Assembly (NCBI GenBank): GCA_951406725.2
Contig: OX597819.1
Location: 68,634,001-68,698,000, forward strand
Length of the DNA stretch: 64,000 bases
DNA from: Octopus vulgaris
Lineage: Eukaryota
Direction of reading: 5' to 3'
Part shown: in pieces, positions 13,341 through 26,100 of the stretch
Numbering within the stretch: position 1 is the stretch's first letter
Layout of the letters: each line of letters begins with the position of its first letter
Position numbers and translations under genes: made by a program
The notes under the pieces: model-generated
What the model was told of the DNA's origin: nothing
The model's database searches: none
What the model saw: only the letters and a program-made list of their open reading frames with translations

Positions 13341-13878
13341 TGTGTGTTTCAACTTTTAATAACTTCCTAAACTTTACAAATAAATGGATGAAATTTTGAT
13401 GCAATATAAAGGTAATAATGGAAATTAATATGCATGAATCAAATTTTCAAACACCATTACATCACATATGAAAAACGACATGGCTTAAATAATAACCATT
13501 TTCGGCTTCGCACGCCCGTGCTATTTCCAAAGCTTGCACCATAACACCCTCAAGAGTTTCAGAGCCCACTTCTCTGATTTCTCTGTTGATGTGCTCCTTC
13601 AGTTGTATCAGGGTCTCTGTTACGCTGAAACTCCCTGAAATCTACATTAAGGGTACGCGTGTCTGTAGGGTGCTCAGCCTGTTGCACAGTACCACAGATG
13701 TGGTACTGTTCCCCGCCACCACCCCCACAAACAATTGATCTGATTCTCTCCACCCGCCATGACTACCACTCCACAGACCACTGTCCCCACCCGTCAAATT
13801 TTACCTCCAATTTGTAACTTATATAAATAAAAAACATCCCAAACAACTAGTCATATCAAAATTTTTTTTTTTTCAAAG

Positions 13879-14170
13879 TGGAGGCGCAATGGTCCAGTGG
13901 TTAGGGCAGCGGACTCGCGGTCGGAGGATCGTGGTTTCGATTCCCAGACGGGTGTTGTGCGTGTTTATTGAGCGAAAACAAACACCAAAAGCCCCACGAA
14001 ACTCCGGCAGCGGGTTGTAGTGACCCATGTTGTACTCTTTCGCCCCAACTTTCTCTCACTCTCTCTTCCTGTTTCTTGACTAATGCTGCGATGGACTGGA
14101 GTCCCGTCCAGCTGGGGGAACAGATACTCCACAGAAAACGGGATGGCCCAGTGGTTGTGGAAGCGCAATG
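13879..14170 (+). mobile_element. tRNA-derived SINE family C
   Basis: GGAGGCGCAATGGTCCAGTGGTTAGG (A box) ...GGTTTCGATTCCC (B box). Related copies at 24595-24972 (-) and 40515-40825 (-). Confidence 0.85.
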
Positions 14171-14403
14171 TTCCGCCAGTCGGATCACCTGAAACACTTT
14201 TCACCGTCATCACCGACCGAGTTCAAATTATATTAAATACTTTGTGCCTGAGATTACTTTTGATAGAAGCCAATAATCAGACACGCACAAAACGACCCCC
14301 AAGAATGCACACAGCCATACATACTCACACACACATATATATATATATGAATAATATCTCCCTCGATAGTAAAGATTATCACATTTATACGCATGTATAT
14401 ATA

Positions 14404-14971
14404 CGAGGGTGAGTCAAAGAGTAATGCCACTTTGTTTATGACAGGTATAATTACCAACACAGGAATATGTATCATACATCAAAATAAAGCTGGTCCTCTC
14501 TGGATCACATCCCTACTTCTCAAAATAGTCACCGTTTCTTTCAATAGCAATGCTCCACCTTCAAATGAGAGCATGTTTCTCTGTCCCATAAAATTCTGTT
14601 GACGGTTCTTTGAGCTATTTCTTCACAACAGTTTTCACTTTCTCGTCAGTGGAATAATTTAGCGCCTTCAGACAATCATCTCTTCGGCCCCATGAAAGAG
14701 GGTTTCAGAGGCAAACATTATTCCAGTGATGAGGAAGTGAAAACTGTAGTGAAGATGTGGCTCAAAGAACAGTCAACAGAATTTTACTGGGCAGGGATAC
14801 ATGCTCTCATTCGAAGGTGGAACATCGCTATTGAGAGAAACTGTGACTATGTTGAGAAGTGGGGATGTGATCCACAGAGGACTAGCTTCATTCTGATGTA
14901 TGATATATGATCATGTGCTGGTACTTATACATGTCCTAAACAAAATCGCATTACTTTTTGACTCACCCTCG
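14404..14971 (+). mobile_element. Mariner-derived MITE with ~250-bp inverted arms and TA target duplication
   Basis: TA|CGAGGGTGAGTCAAA ... TTTGACTCACCCTCG|TA. The right arm encodes the transposase C-terminus LAPSDNHLFGPMKEGFRGKHYSSDEEVK...RWNIAIERNCDYVEK, and the left arm is its reverse complement. Confidence 0.92.
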
Positions 14972-14986
14972 TATATATATATATAT

Positions 14987-17374
14987 GTTCAGTAAGACTT
15001 TGATTCAGATGAATATGGTACTTAAGATTAAGGAACCAGAATTTAGTATGGTATTATCCATATAATTCAAAATGATGTGATTATCATCAAAATAAGCAAC
15101 ACGGATATCCAGAGGTAATGCAGTACGATCGTTTCTTGCAACTCCATTTAATTGAACAATGCAAATAGTACCTCAATTTAAAATGTAGAGCAAGCTTCAG
15201 CTGCATAAAAATATAGAATTTAGTTAAATACGAATGATTCATTTGTATAGTCTTCTTATTATCCAAAATCACAAAGTAGATGTTTTATCAACAACATCAT
15301 AGTTATAGCTGAGATTTTTTCAAAAGAAGACACTGATATATGAAATTTTGAAACATAGGGATAATTTAAACTTATTAAATCCCCGTTTAGAACCAGGGGT
15401 ATCGTGAATACATTGTCCTACCCGTACCTTTAAATATTTTAGAAAATAGCATTTTCTTATTCCTGAATTTTAAATCATAATATTTACCTATTGACTTTTT
15501 AAAAAATCAATGCAGAAATAGCATATCCTGCTATATTAATTATTTAATCAGCACTAGATATTAAGAAATTTAATAACGTAGACAAATTGAATAAAGTTGA
15601 ATAAAATATTGAAAAAACTTTTTAAATTATTGCATAAATTCTATATATCTAATGACGTTAATAAGTTGTATACTTACTCCACAATAATTTTAAGGATTTG
15701 GTAATTCTCACATCTATTTCTACGATGATTCTACTCCACCTAATCTTTTTTCGATATTATAATAATTCCTTTATATAAGCCTAAATTATTATACCCCATA
15801 TAACCATACTGTACTCTTAATATAAAATAAAAGATTTCCAAAATAATAATTCTATTTCTCTTTATTTTTTATTTGCATTTTTGGTTATCTCCCTTTCATT
15901 GTAACTTAAGGATTTGGTATGTGATTCAATTAATGTCTTATTTACTTGGAATCTCCTCTTAAAAAACCTTCTAAATCTCCTTAATTAATATTTAAAACCT
16001 GATAAAAATAGATAATATTATTTAAATTTTTTGAGAAATTACTTCTTCTCTCTTTCTCTCAAATAGCTCTACCCTCATGATCTTTGTATGTATTAGAAAA
16101 CTTTATAAAAATATATTATATATATAATTTCATAGGTACCAATTAAAAAATTATAAATTATCATGTTAGGATTAATAATAGCATTTTCTTAAATAACAGT
16201 TTTGTTAATAATATAATTTTTGTCCAATAACTTGATCTTTTCTTTTCCCGGCATTAAACACTACTCATTTATAGATATCCTCATGATAAGTAAATATAAT
16301 TTTTAGTCTAGAAATTATAAAATTAGGAAATTTATTCTAACAACTTACCTTACCTATTAATATAAATAAGCTAAGTATATCTTATAAGTTTTTGGATAAA
16401 AAATCTGTTCTACCCCTTGTCTATAACATTCTACAAAGATTTATATTTTTATTATATTCATTTTCATTTCTTTACTTTAATTTTAAACCAATTTCTTACC
16501 TATTTACTCACTATAACATTTTATTTATTTATAATATATCTCTATAAATTTCATACTTAACTTATATAAAACTATACTGGTGTAATTCACAGTTTATTTT
16601 ATAATATAAGAAATATGCTCTAAATAAAGTCAACATATAATATATAAATTTTTAACATATTCCTTTAACTTAATTTTCCTTTATTAATACCAAAAATTAC
16701 TATTTAATAATTAACTATAAATATATATTAAGTTAGTATAGAAATATATAAATATGGAATTATTTCTATATTCTCCATTCTTCTGATAGTTCTGAAAATA
16801 TTCTGAAATATTCTTCTAATTGATTTTTTTTTTAAACAACAATAAAATGTATCTAACATTGCTTTTATAGTTGTCAAATAGCTAATGGTATATATTTTAC
16901 TCTCCCTACCCCTGCAGCTTTAGCCTGCAAACTTAGCTGAATTATATTCTTACTGGACCAAATCGTTTTTACTTCAAATTAAACTGTCTTTTTATCCTAT
17001 CCATAAAGGATAGATTCTAGTTTCTATTAGACTTGATAAACCAGTCTATAAATTAAAACTAACTCCCCACCACTAGTAAATCTGAATAACAAATATCATC
17101 AATGATAAGCAGTGTCTTCCTTTGAAAAACCTCTCACTTATAACTATGATGTTGTTGATAAAACATGTTCGCTGTCTGTCTACTTATCCGCTTTGTGATT
17201 TTGGATAAGAAAACTATGCAAATGAATCCTTCGGATTTAACTAAATTCTATATTTTTATGCAGTTGAAGATAGCCCTACATTTTAAATTGATGAAATGAT
17301 TGCATTGTTCAATTAAATGGAGTCGCATGAAACGATTGTTCTGCATTACCTCTGGATATCCTTGTTGCTTATTT

Positions 17375-17378
<4 letters not shown>
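14987..17378 (-). mobile_element. Decayed PLE-type element with outward-facing ~250-bp inverted pLTRs, each with a hammerhead
   Basis: 15086-15335 is an inverted repeat of 17110-17378. HHR on minus at 15118-15206 is AUGCAG-CUGAAGC-[long stem II]-GAAA-CGAUC-GUA/CUGCAU; HHR on plus at 17258-17346. The 1.8-kb interior is AT-rich. Confidence 0.75.
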
Positions 17379-17422
<44 letters not shown>

Positions 17423-17502
17423 ATAATGCATATATGTATATGCATAAACAGAGAGGAGAACGCACAAAAACAAAAAAGAAAAGAACTTTTCGAACAGTCA
17501 CT

Positions 17503-17558
17503 TCCAGGTGGTGCTACTAAATTAGACATGGCTTATCCAAATAATCTAAGTAATCTAT
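17503..17558 (+). mobile_element. Extreme 3' tip of the CR1-like LINE seen at 42334-43224
   Basis: 'caggtggtgctactaaattagacatggc...atctaagtaatcta' matches 43171-43224. Confidence 0.7.
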
Positions 17559-17659
17559 AACCACAGACCGACCAAATGCTGGTAGTGGGATTTAATTCTC
17601 CATACCAAATCATGATATGGAGACTTAAAGATCCCTGTCGTATGTATATTTATATATCC

Positions 17660-17717
<58 letters not shown>

Positions 17718-17725
17718 TTATCTAC

Positions 17726-17851
<126 letters not shown>

Positions 17852-18548
17852 CTGCACACAAACACAAACACATACACATAACAACAGGTCACTTACATAG
17901 CTTTGACAAAGCCGGGTTAAGTAAAAGGCAATTGGTGAAGGTGCTACAGGGGCAATTAGTTTGAGCACAGTTCTCTCCACACAGCAGCGTATTCACCAAT
18001 ACATATATATGTGTATATAATATATATATACATGCACGCACACACAGAGACACACACGCATTTTATGGAGACAGAATTATCTTAATGCAATTAATATTAA
18101 AATACTTTGGAAGAAAACATTTCTTTCGTTTGAACTTTTGACAGAAACAAAGAAAATGAAATTGGGTGAGAGCGACAAAGTGACAATATTCAGTCGGGGG
18201 AGACTCGGCCGAATATTTTGGCTGTGTGGTAAGAATCTTGCTTCCCAACCACGTGGCACCTTGGGTATGTGTCTGCTATTATAGCCTCGGGCTGACCAAG
18301 GCCTTCTGAGTGGATCTGGTGAACTGAAGGAAGCCCATCATATATATATGTTAATTGTCCTGTACTCCATTTTTTGTTGTTTTTAAAAAAATGTCCAGTT
18401 CCTTTGGTTTGTGTCTATGTTTTCGTTTCTCTTTGTGTTCGACGTCCCTTTGGTGTCCTGTACTCATATATGCGTGTATATGTACATATAGAGGTAGGTA
18501 CGTACATATATGTTTATATATATGCATATGTTTTATTTCATTTATTAA

Positions 18549-18589
<41 letters not shown>

Positions 18590-18853
18590 TGTTATATTTC
18601 GGAATGGTCATATTGCCAGTTTAGCCAATAAAAACACACGCACTATATATTTGGTGTTATTTTGCTTCAGTGATATTTATTTTTTACATTAATCTTACAG
18701 TCATTTGACTGCAGCCATAGGTAGAACAGAAAAGGCACAACAAAGGGTAACTGTTAAAATACAACATGCGGAAAAAAGACATTCCGAAATATAACAATAT
18801 CTGTTTCAACACACGACTTCACATAAAAAATCTTGCACAACAAATATTTAAAC

Positions 18854-18895
<42 letters not shown>

Positions 18896-19394
18896 GTATA
18901 TACATATCGCTTGTCATTGTATAATAATTTTCCTTTTATTGTATAAAGCCGAAAGGGGTTTGTCCATTATAGATGTCTAATTCTATTTCATATATTACCC
19001 TCGTCCGATTGTCGAAAGACCCGTTTTGATATTTACTTATTTGTTTTCGTATATATAGATATACATTCGTTTGCCTTACCCATGGGTATAATGGTTTTAG
19101 CTTAGCTCCCTGGCCCGCAGGTTTAGAGTAGTACCGAAGATAAGAAGGCGAACCTACGTAGACATTCCGAACTACAACTGAGGAGGCAATTGGCTGCGAA
19201 TGAACCGTGTATCTTCCATTGTCCTATTCGCCGTTATCGTGCTATCGTTCTTTTTTCCGCATGTTGTATTTTAACAGTTACCCTTTGTTGTGCCTTTTCT
19301 GTTCTACCTATGGCTGCAGTCAAATGACTGAAAGAAGTAAAAGAATAAAAGAATATATATATATTCATATATATGAGTGTGTTTGTATACTTTT

Positions 19395-19571
19395 ATCGTT
19401 TTATTATTTAGGTGTTTCTCTCATTTGATTGCAGCCATGGACCCCACGACTAATCATGTGTAAGGCTAGTACTTATTCTAAGGTCTCTTTTGGCCGAACC
19501 GCTAATTGATGGAAACGTAAACACACCCACGTCGGTTGTCAAGAGATGGTGGGGGACACACACAGACACAA

Positions 19572-19650
<79 letters not shown>

Positions 19651-19805
19651 ACGACGAGCTTCTTTCAGTTTCCGTCTGCCAAATCCGACACAAGAATTTG
19701 GTCGGCCCGAGTTTACATTAGAAGACATTCAACCAAATTGCCACGCAGTGAAGCTGAACTCGGAACCATGTGGTTGGGAAGCAAGCTTCTTACCATACAG
19801 CCACT
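19395..19805 (-). mobile_element. SINE family A
   Basis: 'ccgaaccgctaa...tcggttgtcaag...cttctttcagtttccgtctgccaaatcc...ggaaccatgtggttgggaagcaagcttcttaccatacagcca'. Confidence 0.85.
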
Positions 19806-19996
19806 ATATTCGGCCGAGTCTCCCCCTACTGATTATTGTCAGGTTGTCGTTCTCACTCAATTTCATTTCCTTTGTTTCTTTCAAAAGTTCAAACGAAAGA
19901 AATCTTTTCTTCTAAAGTATTATCATATTAATTGCATTGCGATATTTCTGTCTCCTTAAAATGGCTTCACTGTTCTTTGTCCTTGCAATACATTTA

Positions 19997-20060
<64 letters not shown>

Positions 20061-20082
20061 TCTGTGTGTGTCTCTGTGTGCC

Positions 20083-20113
<31 letters not shown>

Positions 20114-20458
20114 GGGGATGGGGGGCTGAAGACGCTGTTGTGTGCTGAGAAATGTGCTCAAACTTGATACTGCTATCTTCGGCCCCACCGCGTGGCACCT
20201 TCACCAACTGTGTTTTACCATAGCCTCGGCTTTGTCAAAGCTATGCAAGTGGCCTGTTGTTATGTGTTTGTGTGCTTATGGGGGAGGCGAGTGTGCGCGT
20301 GTTGTCTCTCTCACCGCATGACAACCGCTCTTTATCTGTTATGTCCTCGTAACCTATCGGTCTCTCAGTTTCCGTCTATCAAGTCTACTCACAAGGCTTT
20401 GGTCGGCTTTCCGGTGGTCGGATATAAGGTGAAGGATAACATGTGCGAAAAAATAACA

Positions 20459-21078
20459 TTACTCTAGGGACCAATTCTGTAGATTATTTGTCCACTCTAA
20501 ACGCTTTGCCAAGTTTGTTTTTGAAAGTAGTGCTTTTCTGATTGCAGCCCTCCCGTGAACTCCGGCTTTGTGCAGCTGCCGGCGAACAGTTTTTGTGGAA
20601 ATTGTGTTCTGGAGGTAGTCATTTAGCTCTACAGTAATTTTAGGAGCTGTACTTTTGTGATCCTTTCTAACAATTCGTTTAAGAGTCCGACGGTCACTAT
20701 CTGAATGATTTGGTTCTCTTCCGGAGTTTTCTTTCGATAAGGTAGGCTTTTCCCCCTTTCTCAAAGACTGTTATTACTTTAGGGAGAATACATCTTAATA
20801 CACGAAACATTTCGGTTGATTTAATTATGCTAGCGCCTGCCATACGAAAACCAACAATTTGACCTCTTTCAAAGTCCGATAGATCTGTCATTTTAATGTA
20901 ATTTAATTACCTTTTTTTCTGCTGATATCTGAAAAGAAACAGCAATTTTATCAAAACATTAAGGAACACTAATAATAAATAAAAAAAACATAAAAGTAAA
21001 CAGGATTTTGACGATTTTATAAATATTTCAATATTATGATGCAATGATGCTAGGTCTTTCCATTATTTTGTGCACCCC

Positions 21079-21081
<3 letters not shown>
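20459..21081 (-). mobile_element. Tc1-like transposon 5' fragment (TIR plus frameshifted transposase N-terminus)
   Basis: TA|CAGGGGGTGCACAAAATAATG terminus; MTDLSDFERGQIVGFRMAGAS...; RTLKRIVRKDHKSTAPKITVELN...ISTKTVRRQLHKAGVHGRAAIRKALLSKTNLAKRLEW. Confidence 0.9.
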
Positions 21082-21113
<32 letters not shown>

Positions 21114-22017
21114 CTTCTTCCAGTTTCTGTCAACCAATTCCATTGATGCATCTTTGATCGCCCCAATGGTATAGTAGACGCATGCTTAGAGTACCACGCA
21201 GTGGGAGTGAACCTAGAACCATGTGTTTGATAAGAAAATTCTTACTATACTATATATATCTGTATGTACCCACTCACACACTCACACAGACACACACATA
21301 CACACACATAAACACACACACACACGCAATCACTCACACAATAATACACACAAACCTCGTAGACAAATCTTACAATCTGGTTACGAAACCGTCCGCTCTG
21401 CACCAACGTATTCAGTTAGTATCCAATAAAATCGTTCTAACGCCTTTTTTGCCGACGGTACAAAAATCCTTATTATTCTGTATAAACTAAACAATAATCC
21501 AATAAGGAAATTCAGTGGCCAACAGATGCAGGTGGAATCAAGAAATCATTAAAGATCTCTCAACGATAGAAAGGTTGGTGCAGATAACAAAATATGGGAC
21601 TTAATTAAGTTAAGCGATTCATATAATTAATTTATTTTACCTTATCTAGAGGGGGATGACGTTTCGTGATAACTAACTTGCGCTCTAAAAATAACGTCCC
21701 ATATTCTCTTTTCTGTTGAGAAAAGGAGGGGTGTTGGAGGCGAATTCCATTCTTATTTGCTTTGATTTGATTTTTTTCTTTTCTTTTCTTTATTCTTGTT
21801 CTTTACATTTCTTTATAAATTATCTCTGTGAATTTAATAATACACATCACATCCAATATCCTACATTGAATATCTTTATATTTCCATGAATCTATGTCGC
21901 TTCCTAGCTATCTATCAATCTAGCTAGTTAATTTACTATCTATCTCTATATCTATCAACCTATCTAAGTATCTATCTATCTAATCTGTCTATCTGTCTGT
22001 CTATCTTTATTTATCTG

Positions 22018-22078
<61 letters not shown>

Positions 22079-22839
22079 TTAATTTATCTATCTATCCATC
22101 TATCCACTTGTCTGTCTGTCTGTTCAAACTTCCCATTCAATCATTGTCTCTGATTCTCTTATTTTCTCTGTCTTTCTCCATTTCTTCATTTCCTTTCTTC
22201 TCCTACTTGAAACAAAATGCCTTCTCGACACTGAACCACTTTCGTCCAGCAATAAAGCCTGCTCAAATAAACACTGTTGCTACCATCGCATCACTGTCTC
22301 CACTACCAGCACCACCACTATCACCACCATCACCACAACTTTCACGAACATCACCACCATCGCTACGACCACGACAACTACCACTACCATCACCACGACC
22401 ACTACCACAACCACTACCACCATTACTACAACCGTAAAAAATATTAGATGGAATAGAGTCTTACCTGTATAATAAAGATAGGCGAAAAGCTATGAATGGA
22501 TGAGATTATCAATGCAATTAGCAGATATGAACTCCTTATAAGTATTAAGTAATTCCAAGAATTTTAATGAAGAAAGACGAACGGACGACTTCCTTCCAAC
22601 TTACTCCGCATAAACTCTATCATCGCCACCACTACCACCGCCATTAACTCTACCACCACTACCACCATAAAAACACCACTAGAACCGACACCAACAATAA
22701 ATCCACTACCAACATAATCACCACCGGTAATAACGACAGCGGGTTTTGAACGTAAAGACGGATATAATGCCGCAAAGTATTTTTACCCTGCGCACTAAAC
22801 GATCTACCAGCTCGTTGCCTTACACGCACCATCCCACTT

Positions 22840-23050
22840 AAAATAATCCTTTCTACTATATGCACCCGGCCAACAAATTCGGGAGCGTAGTAAGTTAATT
22901 GCACTGACTCCAGGTTTGAATTCGTATTTATTTCATCGACCCCGAAATGATGAACGGCAATACTGACTCAACGGAATTTGAACGCACATGGTGAACGCGG
23001 ACGAAATGCCGCTAATTCCTTCTCTTGCTTTGATAACCATTCCGCCAACT
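22840..23050 (-). mobile_element. SINE family B, degenerate
   Basis: 'atttcatcgaccccgaaatgatgaacggcaa..gactcaacggaatttgaac'. Confidence 0.7.
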
Positions 23051-23051
23051 C

Positions 23052-23112
<61 letters not shown>

Positions 23113-23113
<1 letters not shown>

Positions 23114-23665
23114 TGCCCTGATGCAGTACCAGACAGTTCTCTCGTGGCTTCTGATCTTAACCGATTGGAAGTGTTATCATGTACATTGTTTTATCTTGCT
23201 GTAAAAGATGGGCTACAGCAAATCTTCTGCACAATACCACAGATTTGCTTCTCAGTTGTTTGACCTTAACTAGTTGAGCATGTCCCTTAGTGGCTGATCA
23301 TATGTGCATCTCTGATCCCGAGCAGAAGTAGTGCGGGAGAATCATGGCCATGTACTGAGAAGAATTCTTTGGGGCTTGAATAATTCGCCTCCGGAAACAT
23401 GAGTGTTTCATTCATTATCCTTAAAGAAACCTTAATCAAGCACATTTTGGGCGGGATGGGCTTCTCAACTTGAAGAAAATTCTAACTGGGCCCCACCTGC
23501 AAGGTTATGCGCTGTTTATCTAGATATGAGATCAACATGTCGTGCACATATGATTGTGATGCGTGTGCCTGGTGTGTCCTTATCAGATAGGTAATCATGA
23601 TGGATATATTGGGTTTCGTATATTTGTACCCCAGTATCTCTTTGATGGCATGCGCTGCTGTCATC
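23113..23665. repeat. Unclassified interspersed repeat embedded in (TAA)n
   Basis: Flanked by TAA repeats on both sides. Its left terminus 'tgccctgatgcagtaccag' recurs at ~53309 next to another Dong-like fragment. Confidence 0.45.
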
Positions 23666-23679
23666 AATAATAATAGTAA

Positions 23680-23945
23680 TCAGAAGAGGGATTTTCTAGG
23701 GTGACAACCTATCTCCGTTGCTTTTCGTTCTCTGCATGATACCCTGACTTTGGTACTCAGGAAAATGAACCTGGGGGTACCAACTAACGGAAAAATCCTA
23801 AACAATCAACCACATCTTTTTCATGGATGATTTTAAATTGTATAGCGAAGATGAGACACAATTGAGTTCCTTGGTGAACACGATCCACTGTTTTAGAAAT
23901 GATATTAGAATAGAATGTGGACTCAGGAAGTGCGGAGTAATCTCC
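23680..23945 (+). mobile_element. R4/Dong-like reverse transcriptase fragment
   Basis: RRGIF*GDNLSPLLFVLCMIP...INHIFFMDDFKLYSEDETQLSSLVNTIHCFRNDIRIECGLRKCG (QGD/LSP and MDD motifs), starting at a TAA tract. Confidence 0.85.
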
Positions 23946-23977
23946 ATAACGTTGCTTTTATGTTAAACTATCGTGTG

Positions 23978-24290
23978 AAGGCTTGTGGCTTAGTGGTTAG
24001 TGCATTCGGCTCACGATCGTAAGGTCGAAAGTTCAATTCCCGACGACGCGTTGTGCCCGTGAGCAAACACTTTATTTCACGTTGCTCCAGTCTAATCAGC
24101 TGGCAAAAATGAGTTGTACCTGTGTTTCATAGGGCCAGTCATGTCACACTCTGTGTCACGCTGAATATCCCTGAGAACTACGTTAAGGATACACGTGTCT
24201 GTGAATTAACTTGCACGTTAATTTAATGAGCAAGCTGTTCCGTTGATCGTATCAACAGGGACGCTCGTCGTCGTAACCGACGGAGTGTTC
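23978..24290 (+). mobile_element. tRNA-derived SINE family D
   Basis: TGGCTTAGTGG (A box), GTTCAATTCC (B box), core 'tgtcacactctgtgtcacgctgaatatccctgagaactacgttaagg'. Related copy at 40065-40390. Confidence 0.82.
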
Positions 24291-24594
24291 TTCCTCCAAA
24301 CTGTCGTAAATCGAAATTTGGTCAAATGCGTTATTTTCAATATTTAATTTTACTTACAACAGCCAATTCTTTCGGTCAAACTATTTGCAGCTGCTTCAGA
24401 TGCCAAGTTATGTAAGTTGTCAAAGTGTAATACAATGTAGTACAATGGTGTAGCATTTTTCAAAAGTGTAGTAAGTCCCACATACGACAGTTTTTCCAAA
24501 AATATCTCTCCCTGAAAGTGTCATACATACATAGAACTACGATTTTATGCACGCAATAAAGTATAATTTTTAAGGTGAAACTGTTGCTAATGCC

Positions 24595-24972
24595 GTGGCA
24601 CTCCGTCGTTTTCGACGACGAGCATTAAAGTTGATCCGATCAACGGAAGAGCTTGCTCGTGAAATTTACGTACAAGTGGATGAGCACTACACAGACACGT
24701 GTACCCTTAACATAGTTCTCGGAGAGATTCAGGGTGACACAGAGTGTGACAAGGCTGGCGCTTTGAAATACAAGTACAACAGAAACAGGAAAAAAGAGTG
24801 AGAGAAAGTTGTGGTGAAAGAGTACAGCAGGGTTTGCCACCACCCCTACCGGAACCTCGTTGAACTTCAGGTGTTTCGCTCATTAAACACTCATAACGCC
24901 CGGTCTGGGAATCAAAACCGCGATCCTACGACCGCAAGTCCGCTACCCTAACCACTGGGCCATTGCACTTCC
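24595..24972 (-). mobile_element. SINE with a family-C head and family-D core/tail
   Basis: 24880-24972 matches the 13879 head. 24600-24780 is the reverse complement of the 24130-24290 core. Confidence 0.78.
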
Positions 24973-25582
24973 ACGTTTCTAATGTAAAAAGAAACGGAAT
25001 GCTGTATTTTTCCGTTTTCTGATAAATTAATGTTTTGGAATTACGACACCTTTTGCGTAATAGCAATGATATGTATCATGTGTTTCAATATGATATTGAG
25101 TTAGTTGTTTGGTGAAACAAACATCAGAAATTCTTTGCCCCACGCAGAAACTGCAGGAACTAATCAGAGGTTTTTCGTGCTCTTCTAAATCCATTGCAAA
25201 ACTGTAAACATTCCCGTATTGTCAGCAGGTATATAACGGTGAGATACATTTCGCTCCTTAGCCTATACACTTCTGATTGGGGCAGCAATGACCGAGCTAG
25301 TCTTCATTTACGGACAGGTTCTACTTGTGGTCGCTTATGAAGCATAGTCACCGTGGGCAACCTTCAGCTATCGTGTCTATGTCATTGATGGCTTCCTTCA
25401 GTTGTCGGGGTCCCTGGCCTACCTTCTGCGGAAAATAGCACATTGATTGTTCAAGAAAACTGCAGCAGTGGACTTCATGGGAAGACTTTAAAGCACAAAT
25501 TGGTTATACTTTAAAAATACCAAAAATATTCTAACAATGTTTTAATATAATTCCTGTTATTTAATTATAAAATTACAATAAC

Positions 25583-25894
25583 AATGTACATTATTTACAT
25601 TTGACCTCATCTTGTTTGTTGTTAAAGCAACGTTTCGGCTGATATAACATCCAGCCTTCATCGGAAATCTGGGGGAAATTTCGAACGTGGGTTCTCATTC
25701 CTAAGGTATTTTTCAATGTTATTTTTCAGGTCACCGAATGGAATCGAACTTGGAATGTTGGGGTTAGTAGCCCGCGCTCTTAACCACTACGCGATATGCC
25801 TGTGGGCAATTATGGAGTGAATTTTAGGGCTTATAAATCTAATATTTTCCCTAATAATGTACATAATTCCTCATCTCTTAAATAGAGAACTGTA
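25583..25894 (-). mobile_element. tRNA-head plus hammerhead element (same family as 31972-32617), with a short inverted tail
   Basis: Minus strand: CGTAGTGGTTAAGAGCGCGGGCTACTAACC..GTTCGATTCC..., then CCGAUGA-A-GGCUG..CAGCC-GAAAC-GUU. Plus-strand tail 'taattcctcatctcttaaatagagaactgta' at 25864-25894. Confidence 0.8.
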
Positions 25895-25959
25895 CAATAA
25901 TAATGTTTTAACCATTGAATGATTGGCGGATCGACCAGATTAAAATACAAGACAAAAAT

Positions 25960-26100
25960 GGGGTCGATTAAATAAGTACCTGTTACGCACTGGTGTCGAT
26001 ATAATCGACTTAATCCGTTTGTCTGTCCTTGTTTGTCCCCTTTGTGTGCAGCCCCTTGTGGGCAGTAAAGAAATAGGTATTACGCCTGTCTTTACGTTAG
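25960..26100 (+). mobile_element. SINE family B internal fragment
   Basis: 'ggggtcgattaaataagtacctgttacgcactggtgtcgatataatcgacttaatccg'. Confidence 0.75.

Noticed and set aside
13879-13955. Functional tRNA genes at SINE heads (also 23980, 32255, 4900-4976)
   Set aside because: A/B boxes are present, but they run into SINE bodies and no clean cloverleaf was seen.
15340-17100. Mitochondrial insertion (NUMT), suggested by extreme AT content
   Set aside because: No mitochondrial gene, rRNA or tRNA was recognised, and it is bounded by HHR-containing inverted repeats.
19170-19220. CUGAGGA...GAA hammerhead-like motif (similar partial motifs at ~21655 and ~30750)
   Set aside because: The core is incomplete or the stems cannot be drawn convincingly.
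22108-22437. Pro-rich ORF with a hydrophobic start (also 59313..59744)
   Set aside because: It derives from degenerate (ACC)n and CT/CA-rich low-complexity sequence.
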